From: Botryllus schlosseri
Lineage: Eukaryota
DNA: 64,000 nt
Direction: 5' to 3'
Assembly (NCBI GenBank): GCA_051294905.1
Contig: CM119385.1
Location: forward strand, 24,056,001 to 24,120,000
The position numbers and the translations under genes are program-made. The notes under the pieces are model-generated. The model was not told the DNA's origin, did no database searches, and worked only from the letters and a program-made list of their open reading frames with translations. Below, one piece after another: positions 10,954-23,761 of this stretch. How positions within the stretch are numbered: position 1 is the first letter of the stretch; every line of letters starts with the position of its first letter.

Positions 10954-11237
10954 TAGGGTTACCATATTTTGGAAATCTGAAAAGACGACACTTATTCAAA
11001 ATTTCAAAACAGGAGGAAAATCCTGAAAATATGGTAAATTTCTCCCACTCCGGCTCAGCTCCCGAAATACCCGCCAGAGCGTTACTGCGGTGCTGATTTA
11101 AAGCATCCAAGCCGAATTTGGCCGTAAATTGGACCAAAATTCTCAAAAAAGAGGACAAAATCTCAAAAAAGAGGACAGTTTCAAAAAAGTAAAAAAAGAG
11201 GACAAATCCTCTTAAAAGAGGACGTATGGTAACCCTA
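10954..11237. mobile_element. hAT-type MITE, 284 bp
   Basis: TIRs TAGGGTTACCATA / TATGGTAACCCTA. The 8-bp flanks are GTTTACGA / GTTTACAA (7 of 8 match), with subterminal AAAAGAGGAC repeats. Confidence 0.85.
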
Positions 11238-13687
11238 GTTTACAAGTATAATTGAATAACTGGTTGGTGGTACAAAATCTGAATAGGCCTATACGTTCAA
11301 TACGGTTACCATACTTCCTCCTTTTAAGAGGTTTTATCCGCCTTTTACAGGTTTTTGAAAACGTCCTCCGATGACGAATAATGCCCTCATTTTTGGCAAT
11401 TCGTTCTCCTTTAAAGCTTTTAGAGCTAAGACAGTGGATAGATTCGAGTTCATACGGGCATAACTGACGTAAAACAGGAAATTCGTGGTTCGAACGAAAG
11501 TGACGAACTTTTTTGTCAACCGACGTACAGTGTGAAAGTAAAACTGTATTTCTGGAGCTGAGCCGGAAAGTTGACCTTTTTTTCTTTTTTATCTTAGTCA
11601 ACCATACCGCAAAGATTGTTCTTACTTACATTATTTTCTCAGGTGATCATTATTTAGAGTATATTCCCTCTTATACTTCACAGTTTTCAGTTTTAGGCAA
11701 AACTGGGCCTATATACAATACTCACTCTTCTACTGACTTGGAAATGGCTACTTCTAATTGTACTTGAGCGGAAATGTACAGCATTAATTCTACTTCTACT
11801 TGATTATTAACGAAAACCACTTTGACTAGCTCTGGACTTGACCGCCTTCAAGTCTAAATAAAAACAGGTTTAACTGCATGGACATTACAGATTGAGATTG
11901 TGATTGCTGGATCGATTTTTACACACAGGTTTTTCCAGTGAGTGGTTTGATTGATGACTTGACTGCACTAAGTCGTTTCGAATGACTCCTTTTTCCCACT
12001 GTATCAAACTCTTGTAGCATCTTGAATTGATAAAAATGATCACGAAGTACGCAAAGGCTTCTCTTATTACTACCCACCTACGTCACAAAAGTAAACCCGA
12101 CTCCTTGATCTCAGAGGCATTAGCACAATGATTACACATCAGTCGCCTATACTGTGAACTCCACACAGATATCGCGGCCCTTCAAATACACTCAAACGCC
12201 TAAGGCGCACACAACTCGCCCTGCGCTACAGATCTATTGTTTGCTTCGCGCGGATTTACGACCAAAACCTAACTTCAGGGTTCGCACATTTAGACTCAGC
12301 TGCTCGTGATATCCCCGAGCAGTGAGCATCCTATGCACCGAAAACCCTTTTTTTTCTTTCACGACAAACCACCCTTCTTGTTTGTCAATAATTCTCACCT
12401 CACAAAGACCACAATTATCACCTCAGTGCTAATAACTGAAGGCCAACTATTATGGGATATTTATTCGAAACAACGATATTCAGAACAATGGAGAAGAATC
12501 GCCAAAGGAAAACGATCACGTGATAAAGACAAAGAGAGGGATATTAATCAACGTTCGATAGTTCGCAAAACGATCCGATAATTTTTATAATTTAGACTTG
12601 GATAACTACAAAATTTTATTTTTTCGAAATCAGATTAGAATTAGAATTATATAGCTGCACAGGTTTTTCCAAACTAAATTAAAACTTAAATTATAGATAA
12701 ACAGTTTTTCCAAAATAGATTAGAATTCGTGAATTCGTGAATTCGTGAAAACTTGGAAATTGAACGAAGTACGTTCATTCAATTCAGAGTTCATTCCGAT
12801 AAGCACGAGAATGGCAAATATCTGCACAGTCATACAAATATAATACGTTATAACAAAAAGCGATATTAGCAAAGGCAATAAGCGAAATGTATTTCATGTT
12901 CTGTTAGTCACAACCAGTGGGAGGATTGACATTCATCTTTATTGCTTGCCAGTTCTTGTAATCTTGGTTCGAAAGTGATTCACTGGTCATGCGGACGCGA
13001 CATCTATGTTCTCTGTGAAGTTCACGTTTGAAAACGCTGACACGCTGCACAATGTTTTTTCGCAAATCAACGATAATATATTTGGCTTTGTCAAAAAGCT
13101 AAGCAAATACTAAGCCAGAAAGGTCCAGATTCAACTCCAATCCGCCAGTTGAGTAGCCATGGTCGGCCTGTAGGCTTACTATATAGGCTATAAACTCGAT
13201 ATTCTCAGAAACTTGCAGCCTATTCGCCTGGACAACTTATATAATCTCAAACTATTCACCAAAAATCTTCGGCAAATAACAAAATTTCAGCCTCAAATCA
13301 ATCTTTTATAATCCCTGCGATCGATATCTGTATTATCTGACGTACACATCGCGTCTTTTGTCCTGTCACAATACTAACATCACCCCCGCATTATTAAGAG
13401 CCCGATTTTGAAACATGAAATGAAGTGTCCGCTGTCGCGTCGCTCTGTAAGCAAACAATGGCTCAAGTCGCATCGTGGCGCGAATTCGCGGCGAATCGAA
13501 CCGAGTGCAATTGAATAATTCATGGAATCAGTCCGAGCTCAAAAATTCCCCGGTTTTTGCCTCCATCGCAATTCCACTGAGATGACAACTGTTTTAATTG
13601 AACTCTGTGACATAATATTCAAAGAGGCGGGTCCAGGACTTCAATCTACAACTGAATAATAATATACCCAATACCTATATTGAAATA

Positions 13688-13723
13688 TACCCGAAGATTT
13701 TCGGCTGACACTCGTAAGGGGTA
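13688..13723 (-). ncRNA. Degenerate minimal type-I hammerhead ribozyme motif in a dispersed repeat
   Basis: Minus strand reads TACCC CTTACGA G TGTCAGC C GAAAATCTTC GGGTA. Helix I (TACCC/GGGTA) is intact and core G5 is changed to T. Confidence 0.55.
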
Positions 13724-13929
13724 GGCTTCGAGTCGAGGAAAGATTTTACGGGACCACAAAGAATGCAATCTCAGTTCTACTTGACGCAGCTATGGAGTTT
13801 CACTAAGATCAAGTAATATTAGTACCCCTTGCAAATTCAATTCTTTTCGCCGCTTTTCGTCTTATATCAGACCTTTCAGGCCAGACAGCAAAACGCAAAT
13901 ACACAAGGTTTGGTCTGTCAATATAAGTA

Positions 13930-14448
13930 CAGTTAACTACCGGTTAAGTACGCACCCGTTTAAGTTCGCATCCCAAATAAGTACGCAAAAATTCTTCACA
14001 AATTCTGGGTTCAACTTTTTCAGCAATTTTTTTCATTTCAACAGCAACTACATTAACTGGAAAACTTGAACGTCAATTAAACAATAGTTCAATGCTTGAA
14101 CATGTCGTGTAAAGTGATCTGATTTTGCACTCTTTTGTATATTTTGCACTCTTTTCTGCATATGGCTTCCAACGTCACCTGTTTCAGTTTTCGCTGAAAG
14201 CATTCAAAAGTGCTTTTGGGATCGGAAGCATGTCCTGCTTGATCCTGTGAGGCATGACACAGTAAGTGATCCTCAACTACAGGCACTTTGTTGGGCAACG
14301 TATCGTCAATGACGTATAAATGCAAAATTTGTGCTTAGCTGCACGCATATCTTCACTAGGTGGCTGCATATCTGCTAAGTACGCACTACCACATAAGTAC
14401 GCACAAACTACTCAGGATCAAGTTGCGTACTTAACCGGGAGATGACTG
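13930..14448. mobile_element. Tc1/mariner-superfamily (pogo/Tigger-like) non-autonomous element, 519 bp
   Basis: TIRs CAGTTAACTACCGGTTAAGTACGCA / TGCGTACTTAACCGGGAGATGACTG, with TA on both flanks and internal AAGTACGCA repeats. The internal minus ORF ends KRVQNQITLHDMF, reminiscent of pogo transposase C-termini (weak). Confidence 0.8.
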
Positions 14449-17400
14449 TATATTGAAGGTAATTCTGTATTTTTTCGACAATCCCCATTTCATAGCGGTG
14501 ACAGTGCAGTGGATTGATCGCGACTTTACAGAAATGTCATTTCCACTAACGTGGAAAAATATATACAAACTATAATTATCGTTGATAAATTGACTTTTAG
14601 TGGCAAGGATCGTATTTCCACTCGAATGATAATACCCGAGTAATTGAAACAGTGTGAAGAGTCCTCAAGGCGTAATCGTGAGCAACTTGTACATATTTGA
14701 AGCAAACTTTGTATATCAACAATCGTAAAACATCATCGGCATGAAAAAGATAAGAATAAGCGAGGCGAACAGATGTCGGAAACTCAATTACTAATGTCGG
14801 ATTACACGCGAATTCCAGCCTTTATGAGATAATTATAAATTGACGGTACGAACTTTTCTCCTGAATATCTCACGAACAAATTTGCAGCAAAGCAGCTTCT
14901 GAACAAAGAACTAATAATCTCTACTTGTACTTTTATCAAGTCCGTCGTTTCGTTATCGGTTTACCGAAGCCAGCGGGTTTACATTCGTTCGTCACAAGGG
15001 CTCCTGATTCGGATTCCGCAGACATTCGGATTCCGCTCAAGTCGATGTCTTGAATATCGAACATCGCATTATGACAATGACACGACAACGTCTGTGTTAT
15101 CAAAACAACTAGAACGATATTTTTGCTCGAATATTTCCTGTTTAGCCTTGGGGTCGACTCTAATTATTACATAATAACGCTAATAGCACGAAAACATCGC
15201 ATTAACGCGTGATAATAGGTTATGTTCCTCCATCGTCCATTTTTAGAAATGAAAGAAGTTGTATTGCGGCTCGTCACATTGACTTTAGGTCTGTAGAATT
15301 TAACAGACATGTACTCAACACAAAGCAAACCATATCATATATAACGCAGGCTACATGTGAAGTAGTGGGTCACAACACAAAGCACAATCATTCTCGATAA
15401 TATCCTACGAGAGGAAATATGCTGGCAATTGTGATTAGTAACTCTCAAATACCAGGTTATTTAGTTTATCCTTCTGACCAGAAATCATCAAAGGATGTCT
15501 GTCTACTGTGTACATACTCAGTTACTCCCTCTCAAAAGTGGCACATAAAACCTCTATCCCAGATTTCGATACGCCGTGTCTTGCACGATGAACCAAACAT
15601 TGTGTATCATTTGCTTTTGTAATCATTAGTTTCGAATTCCTCTGTTATTTAAAACGCTGCTGTTACTGTTGTAGCTTATTTGACGCTGAGTTTAACTTAG
15701 TAAAAGCCTACGCTACAACCGTCTTCTGTTTACTGGTACAAGAGAGACTTTTACTATCCAAAAGTATGCGCATGAAGCAAGTAATCCACATTTTACATGA
15801 ATTGTAATAACCTCTGCATTTGTGGAAACATTGCGTACATCTTCGGTATATTCGGAGTGAAGGGCGACGAAAAATTTCGAGATTTGTCAAAAGTACATTT
15901 GCATCGAGAACTCGGAGATATAGAACCATTGTTCTACTATAGAGCTACATAACCATATGAGAACTATAGTACCAATTATATAGGCTACATTTCAATTCGG
16001 CGCCCCCATATCGGCCCAAATCGCTGGCGCTGTCCACAAGGCTTAGAACCACTGCTTGCACAGATGTTAGGCATGTTATTTTTAGCCACCGCGTGATTGG
16101 TCTTATCGCGGCATACGAAAATGTAGTGTGATCAGCAACATTGTCAAAAAGTTCATTGAAATAGGTCGCATAAACGGTAATTATTTTCTCTTTCCGCATC
16201 ATTCATTCTAGATTAATGCGCGAATACTTGACGCGATCCAGAACCGTATGTTGCTCAGCCCTACTCCAATTACGATCACTTTAGATAAAGTTTGTTGCAG
16301 AAACGAAAAAGCAATCCCAGTCATCAGTAGTTGGCGCTATCCGGTCAAAATCCCGGGAACATTTGTGGCATGTTTTCTTAAATTGGAATGTCTTTCACGA
16401 ATCGAGTGTTTCCGAACTCAGCAATCGCCAGAATTATTAATGCTTAGAGATTTTGCAAAAGTCAGCTGGTTACGAACAACGGTCTGACTTCGTGGCGCAC
16501 TTGAAGCTCAAGTTTGCAGACTTTGTGACTTTGTTCGACGATCAGAATATAGCCTTGGGATGCGGTCTGGCTCGAGTGTCGATATTTTGCGTGGGTTCGC
16601 GAAATATGATCACTTTGAAAGCGACCTTTCTAGTTTCAAGGCAGAAAGTTTCTGGCGCGTTAGTTTTAACAGCGTCTGTTGTGTGTTGTCTGGCGAATTC
16701 CGCTTCAGTATTGCTGTTTAACAATCTCGCCGCGGTCACGCTTCTGTGCCGTCATTAATGCATTCCTCGCGTTCGATATTCCGAGGCTCAAATTTCGGCT
16801 CCATCTTAATCTCTGGAACTAATTGGCGTTTCTCGAGTACGTTCTACATTCAGACATCAGCAGTTTTTGATTCAGTCTAGTCGATTTGAGACGAGCTGTT
16901 TACGGTATTGGAGATGGGTTTGGTTGTTCGTGCTCGAGATCTATTTCAAGAGATTTGGCCGCAATACTTGACTGGAGGCAATCCAGGTTTAGATCAGTCA
17001 GCGCTAGCTAAAGGCCGTTGAATGGTGAAGTTAGTGAAGTGAAGCCTTACCTTTGTTTACATTTCATGTTGGTTTACCAGCCGTTCGTTGCTTGTCCTCA
17101 CCCGGACAGAAATCGAACGAAGCGAAAAACTGAAAATCACACGCGAAATTCCGCAATCAGCCCTGAAAACTTTAATTTGCAACATCCCACGAATTAACAG
17201 TGTGAATAAAATTTGGGGGAGCGCCACAAGAACTAGTCCCGATTATTTCAGGACTAGGGCTGCGCCTAATGATTCACGTACTCGAATACGAATCCGAGTA
17301 TTAAAATGATAGTTTCGATGCTTTTTTACAACGTGTATGTCTTGAAACCTTAATCGGTCCAATGATATGTTGTATATTGATATCATCGATTGCCCGATTG

Positions 17401-19081
17401 GTCCTTGGCCGTATCGCAGCATGCGAAACATGTAGTACCAAGCTACGTACGTTAGTGAAAATGACATTTCTCTGTCGTCGTGATCAACCCACACTCCCAC
17501 AGCATCATAGTCGAAAAATACCTGATTGTCTTTAGTGTGATGTAGAAATAGCATTATATTCTTCGTGGTGAAGGTACATATTTAAACTTTCCATATCATC
17601 CATACGCGGGAGTATTATGACATTGTTTTGACGGCAGAAGGTTCCCAACTCTTAATAGGATGACAAGTGAGTTGTTTTAGGCGGCAAACATAATCGATAC
17701 AAGTCGACAGTTTCGTAACACGACAGACAAATGCGACCTTATTGCGGCGAAAATAAATAATTCAAAGTGCATGATATCGTAATAAGCGATGTTTCAATTC
17801 CTGAGTTGCGAAAATATAGACCGTTGATATTTATTCCTCCTGTCAATTTTCATGGTTTGACACCCCCAGTTTTAAGAGCAGTCCCAAAGCCGATGGGTAA
17901 GGGTCAAAGTCGGGTCCGTTTTTCGAGCTTGGTTTACTTTGGAAAATAGATTGCCGCCCGAGTATTTCCACCAAATTAAAAATCGCCTCCTTGGGGGGAA
18001 GGTGGTTAAGAACCAGCGATATGCGTCCAGACTCGTGAAATTCGTGCTTCATTATCGCTCTCTGTTCTCGGGCGCATCAATAATTCATGTCCTCATAAGG
18101 CTTTGACTGATAGACAGGGATGTTGATTCGCATAATTTTTGGGCGATTTTCTGAACTATACCCTCAGTTTCCCACTCATTTAGAAAACTGCAGAGTAGGT
18201 GATATGTCAAACAGGAAATATACACAAGAAGGGTTCTTAAACTGGGGTTCAGGGACCGTTTAGGGTTCTAGTTCTTAGTCATAGGGGGTCCGTTTTAGAG
18301 CGATGATGAACTCTGCATCATTAAGAAAGAACTAAACCAGATTATTATCCTTTGACAATGACGCCGTGAGTGTGATTGCCTTGTCTAGTAATTATAGTTA
18401 GCTTATTGTAGGTATCGAATAGCCTACGTACAGTTGAGCTTGATGTGATGGCCTAGGTTTCTAGATTGATATAAAACATTCATCCAAAATCAAGATTGGA
18501 CCACAAAATGAAGACAATTTTTGTGGGTACAAACAATCGCTCAGCGATTATAATAATTAAAAGTTGTAGTCCCCTGCTCTATGGAGTGTGAGGTAGAGTA
18601 ATCGGATTAGTTCAGTTCAGTTGGTAGTAATTTGGTTGAATCCGACAAGTGGCGATAAAATTTTAATTCGGAAACGGATACTCCGCTGAAAAACTCCTGA
18701 CCCTAGAAATGTATGATGTAATGGCACCTAAATTATTCAGCAACAGCTGAGAGACGTACGATTGTGAGGTAACAAGTCAAGTTTGGGAAAGGAAAGAAGT
18801 TCACGAAGGTTTTCGGTCTGCAGATGTTGTCCTGATCTCGTAATGGTGTCGGATTATTATTACGGGTCAGTTCGAGGCTTGTGCTTGTGAAAAGCGAAAT
18901 TTGACGGGATTTGGTTTCTTCGCTAAGAAAGCCGAATGGTGTCAGGTCTACGCAACTATAACTATAACAAGACTATAACAAGACTACTGGATTTTGAAAA
19001 TGCGCAACTAGAACTAGAACTACTTACTTTTCAAAATCCACAACTAGACCTGCTCAAAAAGTATTAGTTAGTTGACCAGTT

Positions 19082-21134
19082 CAGTTGTTCTCAACCTTTT
19101 CAACCTCGCGGACCGGTAAAACTTCACAACAAATGCTGCGGACCGGTGAACCCTAAAAATAACCCTAAATTTACGACAAATGTATGCAACTCAAATATGA
19201 CATTGGAAACTTCATTTGATGTTGTTTGGTTGTGATGCGATGCTACTTTTGTTATTTGCTATTGCGTTTTATTATACTGTCAAGTGCCGCTTCATTGCAC
19301 TGTCAGAATCTAACGAAATTTGTTAATAGTCTGCGTAGCTTTCCTATATAACTTGTCCAAAACTAGTTTTAGCTCCTTTTAATCGGTCGCCGCCTTTTTG
19401 CAACCAAGAGCTAGTTCTTGAGTACTTATTGAAGCGACGGGCTATACCATTTACTCCCGTCGTTTACTCTTCCCATACTGAATTTCCGCTTTGATATTCA
19501 TAGCACTGAGCAGGAATCACATTGCGGTAACACTTCCAAGAGTCTTTTGAATCAAACAGCTCATTTCAACTAAGATTTTTATAAGAAATCATGAATTGCT
19601 TCGCATCATGTTTGTATAAATTATACAACAACAGTCAACTCAATTTTTAAAATAAATCATGTCACACTTTAGACATGTTATCTGTTTCTATATCAATCAG
19701 TGGGAAGCCTGGTGGTATGGCATGCTATCAAATGGTGTAACTTGACACTACAACTCTGAGTGAGTGTTCCATGTGCATCAGTGAGGCGTGTTCTATGTTT
19801 GTTTTTGATTAAGTTCATGTCCGAAAAGGCTGATTCACAACGATAGGTTGAACCAAACACGCTTGCAACCTTCATAGCTGCTGCGCATATACACCACTAT
19901 ACTTTTCCGTGTCAACAAGGCACCCAAACTGTGCTGGAGCCTGGTGGGCTTTGAGGTGGAGGTTATTTTGCAGTGTTACAATTTCAATCTCTAATTGATC
20001 AGCATCCAGACATGACAGATTTCATTATGCCGGACAGCAACGATTTACAGAAAGTTAGAAACATGGTACTAAACTGCGTTTGCGTTGAGTGAGAAACATG
20101 GTACTAACTGCGTTGAGTGTAAGAGAACCAAGCTGTGTCAAAAGATGCAATACGTAATGGACATAGAGATATTGAAAATATGCTAGTACTTCACGACTAT
20201 CTGCTACGGAATAGTGATGTTGCTTACTACTTTGGCATTGTTCTGGACGTCGAGCTAGCATAACAGAACCTGCCGGATAACAAACCCGCAATAATTTTTG
20301 ATGTGAATTATGAGAGATCAGGTTTCAAGTTTCGATCCATCGGTACCACATCTCCCCTACATAGTGAGGGACATGGAGATAATATATCTGCTTATTTCAA
20401 ACAAACTAAATATTGCTTTGATGATCCCGTACACGCGTCAGAAACAGTGGCGAGATTTTATTGGCTGGTCGACCTCAATAACCAATTTGTCAAAACTAGG
20501 GATGAAAGTCGGTTGTCCCGATTCGTAGAACAGGATTGAAATTCAAATCTGTGAGCAGCGATCTGTTCAGAGATTTGCTCAGTTTTGTTCAGTTCCATGA
20601 CACACAATGCTGACAGCATCATAACCATGTTAGCTTCAAACACGCTTCTGGAGTAGATAAAATAGGAATAGCCTACTTCTACGCAAAAGAGAACGAATCT
20701 ACCTATTACACCGACGAATCGTTTTTCCAGGCACAGCACTAAAATTAATAAAGTTTCCTGGTGTTGTCAGTCTGAAATCACACTCGTGATCCGAATTATG
20801 TCAATCCCGTGTAGGATTTCTGTGATGCCGTTGAAACCTTTAAAAAGGTGTAGTCCTTGAGGTCGGGCTGTCGCGCCAGAAATTAAACATAAAAAAATAA
20901 TACATACCTTGGAAGTATATAATGGTGAAATATATAAAGAAAAAATTTGATCAAGTCCCTGCAGTTTTAGTACGCATTTTAGCAATATTTTTAACAATTT
21001 ACAAAAGACTTTTGCGGGCCGTAGTTTACCCACCCCTGATCTAACAAACATTGGTAAATGCTGCTATTCGATCTATATTTAGAACAGGCTCGCGGGCTAC
21101 CTGGGGCCCGCGGGCACCGCGTTGGTGACCCCTG
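19082..21134 (-). mobile_element. Decayed hAT (Charlie/SPIN-like) element, probably with nested insertions
   Basis: hAT-Charlie-type ends CAGTTGTTCTCAACC at 19082 and GTTGGTGACCCCTG ending at 21134, with a transposase remnant inside. A further hAT-type end ends at 21038. No TSD was found, so the two ends may belong to different elements. Confidence 0.5.
19693..20030 (-). pseudogene. Frameshifted C-terminal fragment of a hAT transposase (GTF2IRD2/SPIN-like dimerisation domain)
   Basis: QLEIEIVTLQNNLHLK...EKY, then a frameshift to AMKVASVFGSTYRCESAFSDMNLIKNKHRTRLTDAH, matching the FGSTYxCExxFSxMxxxKxxxRxRLTD signature. Confidence 0.85.
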
Positions 21135-21274
21135 CTATAAACTCTCTATGTGACGCCAGGCATAAAAATACTGGTATTGGCCATGTATTGGGCCACTAGC
21201 TAAAATGTCGATGTGATCTCTCACAGATTAGATGTCAACGTTATGCGGGAACTAATGACTGATGACCTCGCTTT

Positions 21275-22741
21275 ATGATGTCACTTCCTGCCGTTCGGCC
21301 AGCAAGCAAGTCGTCGAAAAGGTGTATTTCTTTTAATCGTCAAATATTCTCAAATAGTCTCATATTTTGTGTGTCTCGGCAGAACGCTGGTCAACCAGAA
21401 ATCGTACACGGAGCCGGAGAGTATCCCGATGTTACGCATACGCACTGAAGACCACTCGAGCTCGAGCAATTCCAGTAAATTCCCGTCGATGGACAGTGGA
21501 ACGAGCAACCGTTACAGAAGCGGAGATTCAGAAGCACCTAGTCCTACTGGTATGACCGCACGAATCGTTTGATATCAATATAAGCCATGTCGTGACATAG
21601 CTCAAAGCTGAGTTGATGACACAATCTTCCTATATGGTAATGGATCAATCTGACTTTCGAGGTTGGGTGATGATCTGGTAAATTCAGCGTTTTGTTTCGA
21701 ACCCAAGACTTGGAGGCTCAGAACTTGAGGATACAGTCGAATAATAAATTGATATTGAAATATAACAATATCCGGCTTACAGGCTAATCGTCAGCAATTG
21801 AATTCTCTACTAGTTACTGACGACGCCCCCTGACAGCCGAACATATTTGGGGTTATTACAAAATCAACATATGATTCCATAGCATAAACAACTTGCTATT
21901 GTATTTCAATCAAAACCCCATCTCAATTCCAATAAAGTGCCGGAACCATAGTACGGAAGAAATCAAAACCGCCCGAACTTAGAATGATAACCGATAACGA
22001 GTATCAAATAGTTGCTGTCCGTTAGCGTATGTCGTCTAATTTTCGATAATGTGAAAAAAGAACGCGCCCGATAAGGGACTTGAACCCTTGACCGTTGGAT
22101 TAAAAGTCCAACGCTCTACCGACTGAGCTAACCGGGCCGTCGAGTGCGAGAGTTGTATTGATGCAATACAAAGGTTAGACGTATTCGAGAGAACAACTCG
22201 TCGAATGCCGAGCGCGGCAATGAAAAGGAAGGTCCGTACTGAGGACGCAATTAGATCATTGCCGTTGCCACACACAAAGCTGCGCGCCACTTCTGTGGCG
22301 CTGCGATCAAAACATTGCCAAAAAAAATGCTTTGCTAGTGCGACGACGACTCCCCAACGTTGGTCTAAAGATGACGTTTCAGGTTCCGCTCGAGCGCCGA
22401 AGGATCGCTACAAAACGACGGCCTCAGACAGAGACGCGGACCTAGAAGTGAGTTCGTTGCGAATCGAATCGAGCATTTTCAATCGAACCGATTTTTGCAG
22501 GTCGTCGAAATTCTCTCTTGTCGCGACTCCGCCCTCTGGCGGTCCGAGGACGACGTCAGCGACGCGACGTGCAAGACCACGTCGGGTGATTCCCCCAAAG
22601 GCGTGCGTCACAGGCGTGAGGTGGGCGAGCTGTTGCGTCAGAAAGACAAGCGACGAGCGACTGTGACGAAGAAGGGGTCGCCGTTCAGCGTGGTGGTCGA
22701 CGTCGCAGGAGTGACGAAATCTGCGCACGATCCGAGTCAAG
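21275..22741 (+). CDS. Candidate 5' coding exons (21275-21321, 21383-21549, 22383-22447, 22501-22741), probably the N-terminal intracellular region of the teneurin
   Basis: All introns are GT..AG with matching phases (2, 1, 0), including 61- and 53-nt AT-rich introns. The spliced peptide MMSLPAVRPASKSSKRTLVNQKSYTEPESIPML...HDPSQG is open. The final phase-1 donor matches the phase-1 acceptor at 38313. Confidence 0.55.
22065..22137 (-). tRNA. tRNA-Lys (anticodon UUU), 73 nt
   Basis: GCCCGGTTAGCTCAGTCGGTAGAGCGTTGGACTTTTAATCCAACGGTCAAGGGTTCAAGTCCCTTATCGGGCG. Stems pair, A and B boxes are intact, and a T6 terminator lies just downstream. Confidence 0.95.
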
Positions 22742-23761
22742 GTTCGTTTTAAACCGTTCGTAAAGTTGCTTTAGTTGGGAGGCGGTGGGCAACTTGCCAT
22801 TTAAAGACCGCTAGATGGCGCCAAATAGTTAGCAGATCGCACGTTACCACTCTGGCAATTTTAACGCCTCGCGACTGTCGGCTCGATATCGCGAAACGAA
22901 AATCAGTCGCGGGAAGTGAAAACGCGTCTTTCGTGCTGTCACAACATAGGGATCTCTGTCTGTGGTCAAAGTAGTCTTCAGCACCAGTGGGTGTAAAAGT
23001 TACGGCAGGGCTATCACGTGACTCCGACACCCTGTCACAGAGGTCGGACTTGACTTCGACTTATTCACTCGGACTAGGCCCGTTTCGACCTGACTCTAGA
23101 CTAACATACGCCAATCCCATGACTTTCGCATATCGTGTCGTGAATATATCGTGTCGGATTGAAGATCAGATGTCGGTTGTACTCTAAAAGTCACGTTTCG
23201 TGGCTATCTAAGGCATGAGTACGAACTGTTACCTCACATTGACTGCGAGATCGGGTCTTATTACGTCGTGTACGGTTTGCTTTATTCCCAAAAGTTTCGT
23301 GTTATGTTTGACAAGTTGCCACACCACGTGCTTTCAATAGCCGCTACACAATGCCTAATTGTTACGAGATACTGTCCCTCCTATTTCTCAAAGCATATCG
23401 TGTTTTCCCTCCCATTATGGGCTGCTTATTTTGGAGTCGTATTGTGATGCGCTTCCTACCGGTTATGAGGGACAATGAGTTGTTTTGAGAGGCGGGCAAA
23501 AGGGTGGGAATTCTTGTTCGACATGCGACGATTAATTTGCTCAGCGATATCCGATTGCGGGCAGGAAATATTCCGATATCTGCCGAAGCGAGACATTCCT
23601 GTGCGACCAGATAATTCGATGCTCAAGACCAGCTCTGATAATTAGTCCGCTCAAGAACGGCCCGCACTTTCATCGGGCCTCGAGAGGATTCGTGAGCAAA
23701 CACTCGATCGTGTTGAGCAGTAGTTCCTCGACTTTTCAGTTCGTGGCAAGCTAGGAAGCCT

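Noticed and set aside
15708-18052. Minus-strand ORFs (15708-15929, 15945-16202, 16542-16739, 17243-17554, 17843-18052) as a possible multi-exon gene
   Set aside because: No recognisable domain and no phase-consistent splice chain could be built. A homology search or RNA-seq would be needed.
22036-22290. 84-aa minus ORF
   Set aside because: It reads through the tRNA-Lys gene and is an artefact.
22205-22666. 153-aa ORF as a stand-alone gene
   Set aside because: Better explained as small exon 22383-22447 with open flanking intron sequence; it runs through a canonical 53-nt GT..AG intron.
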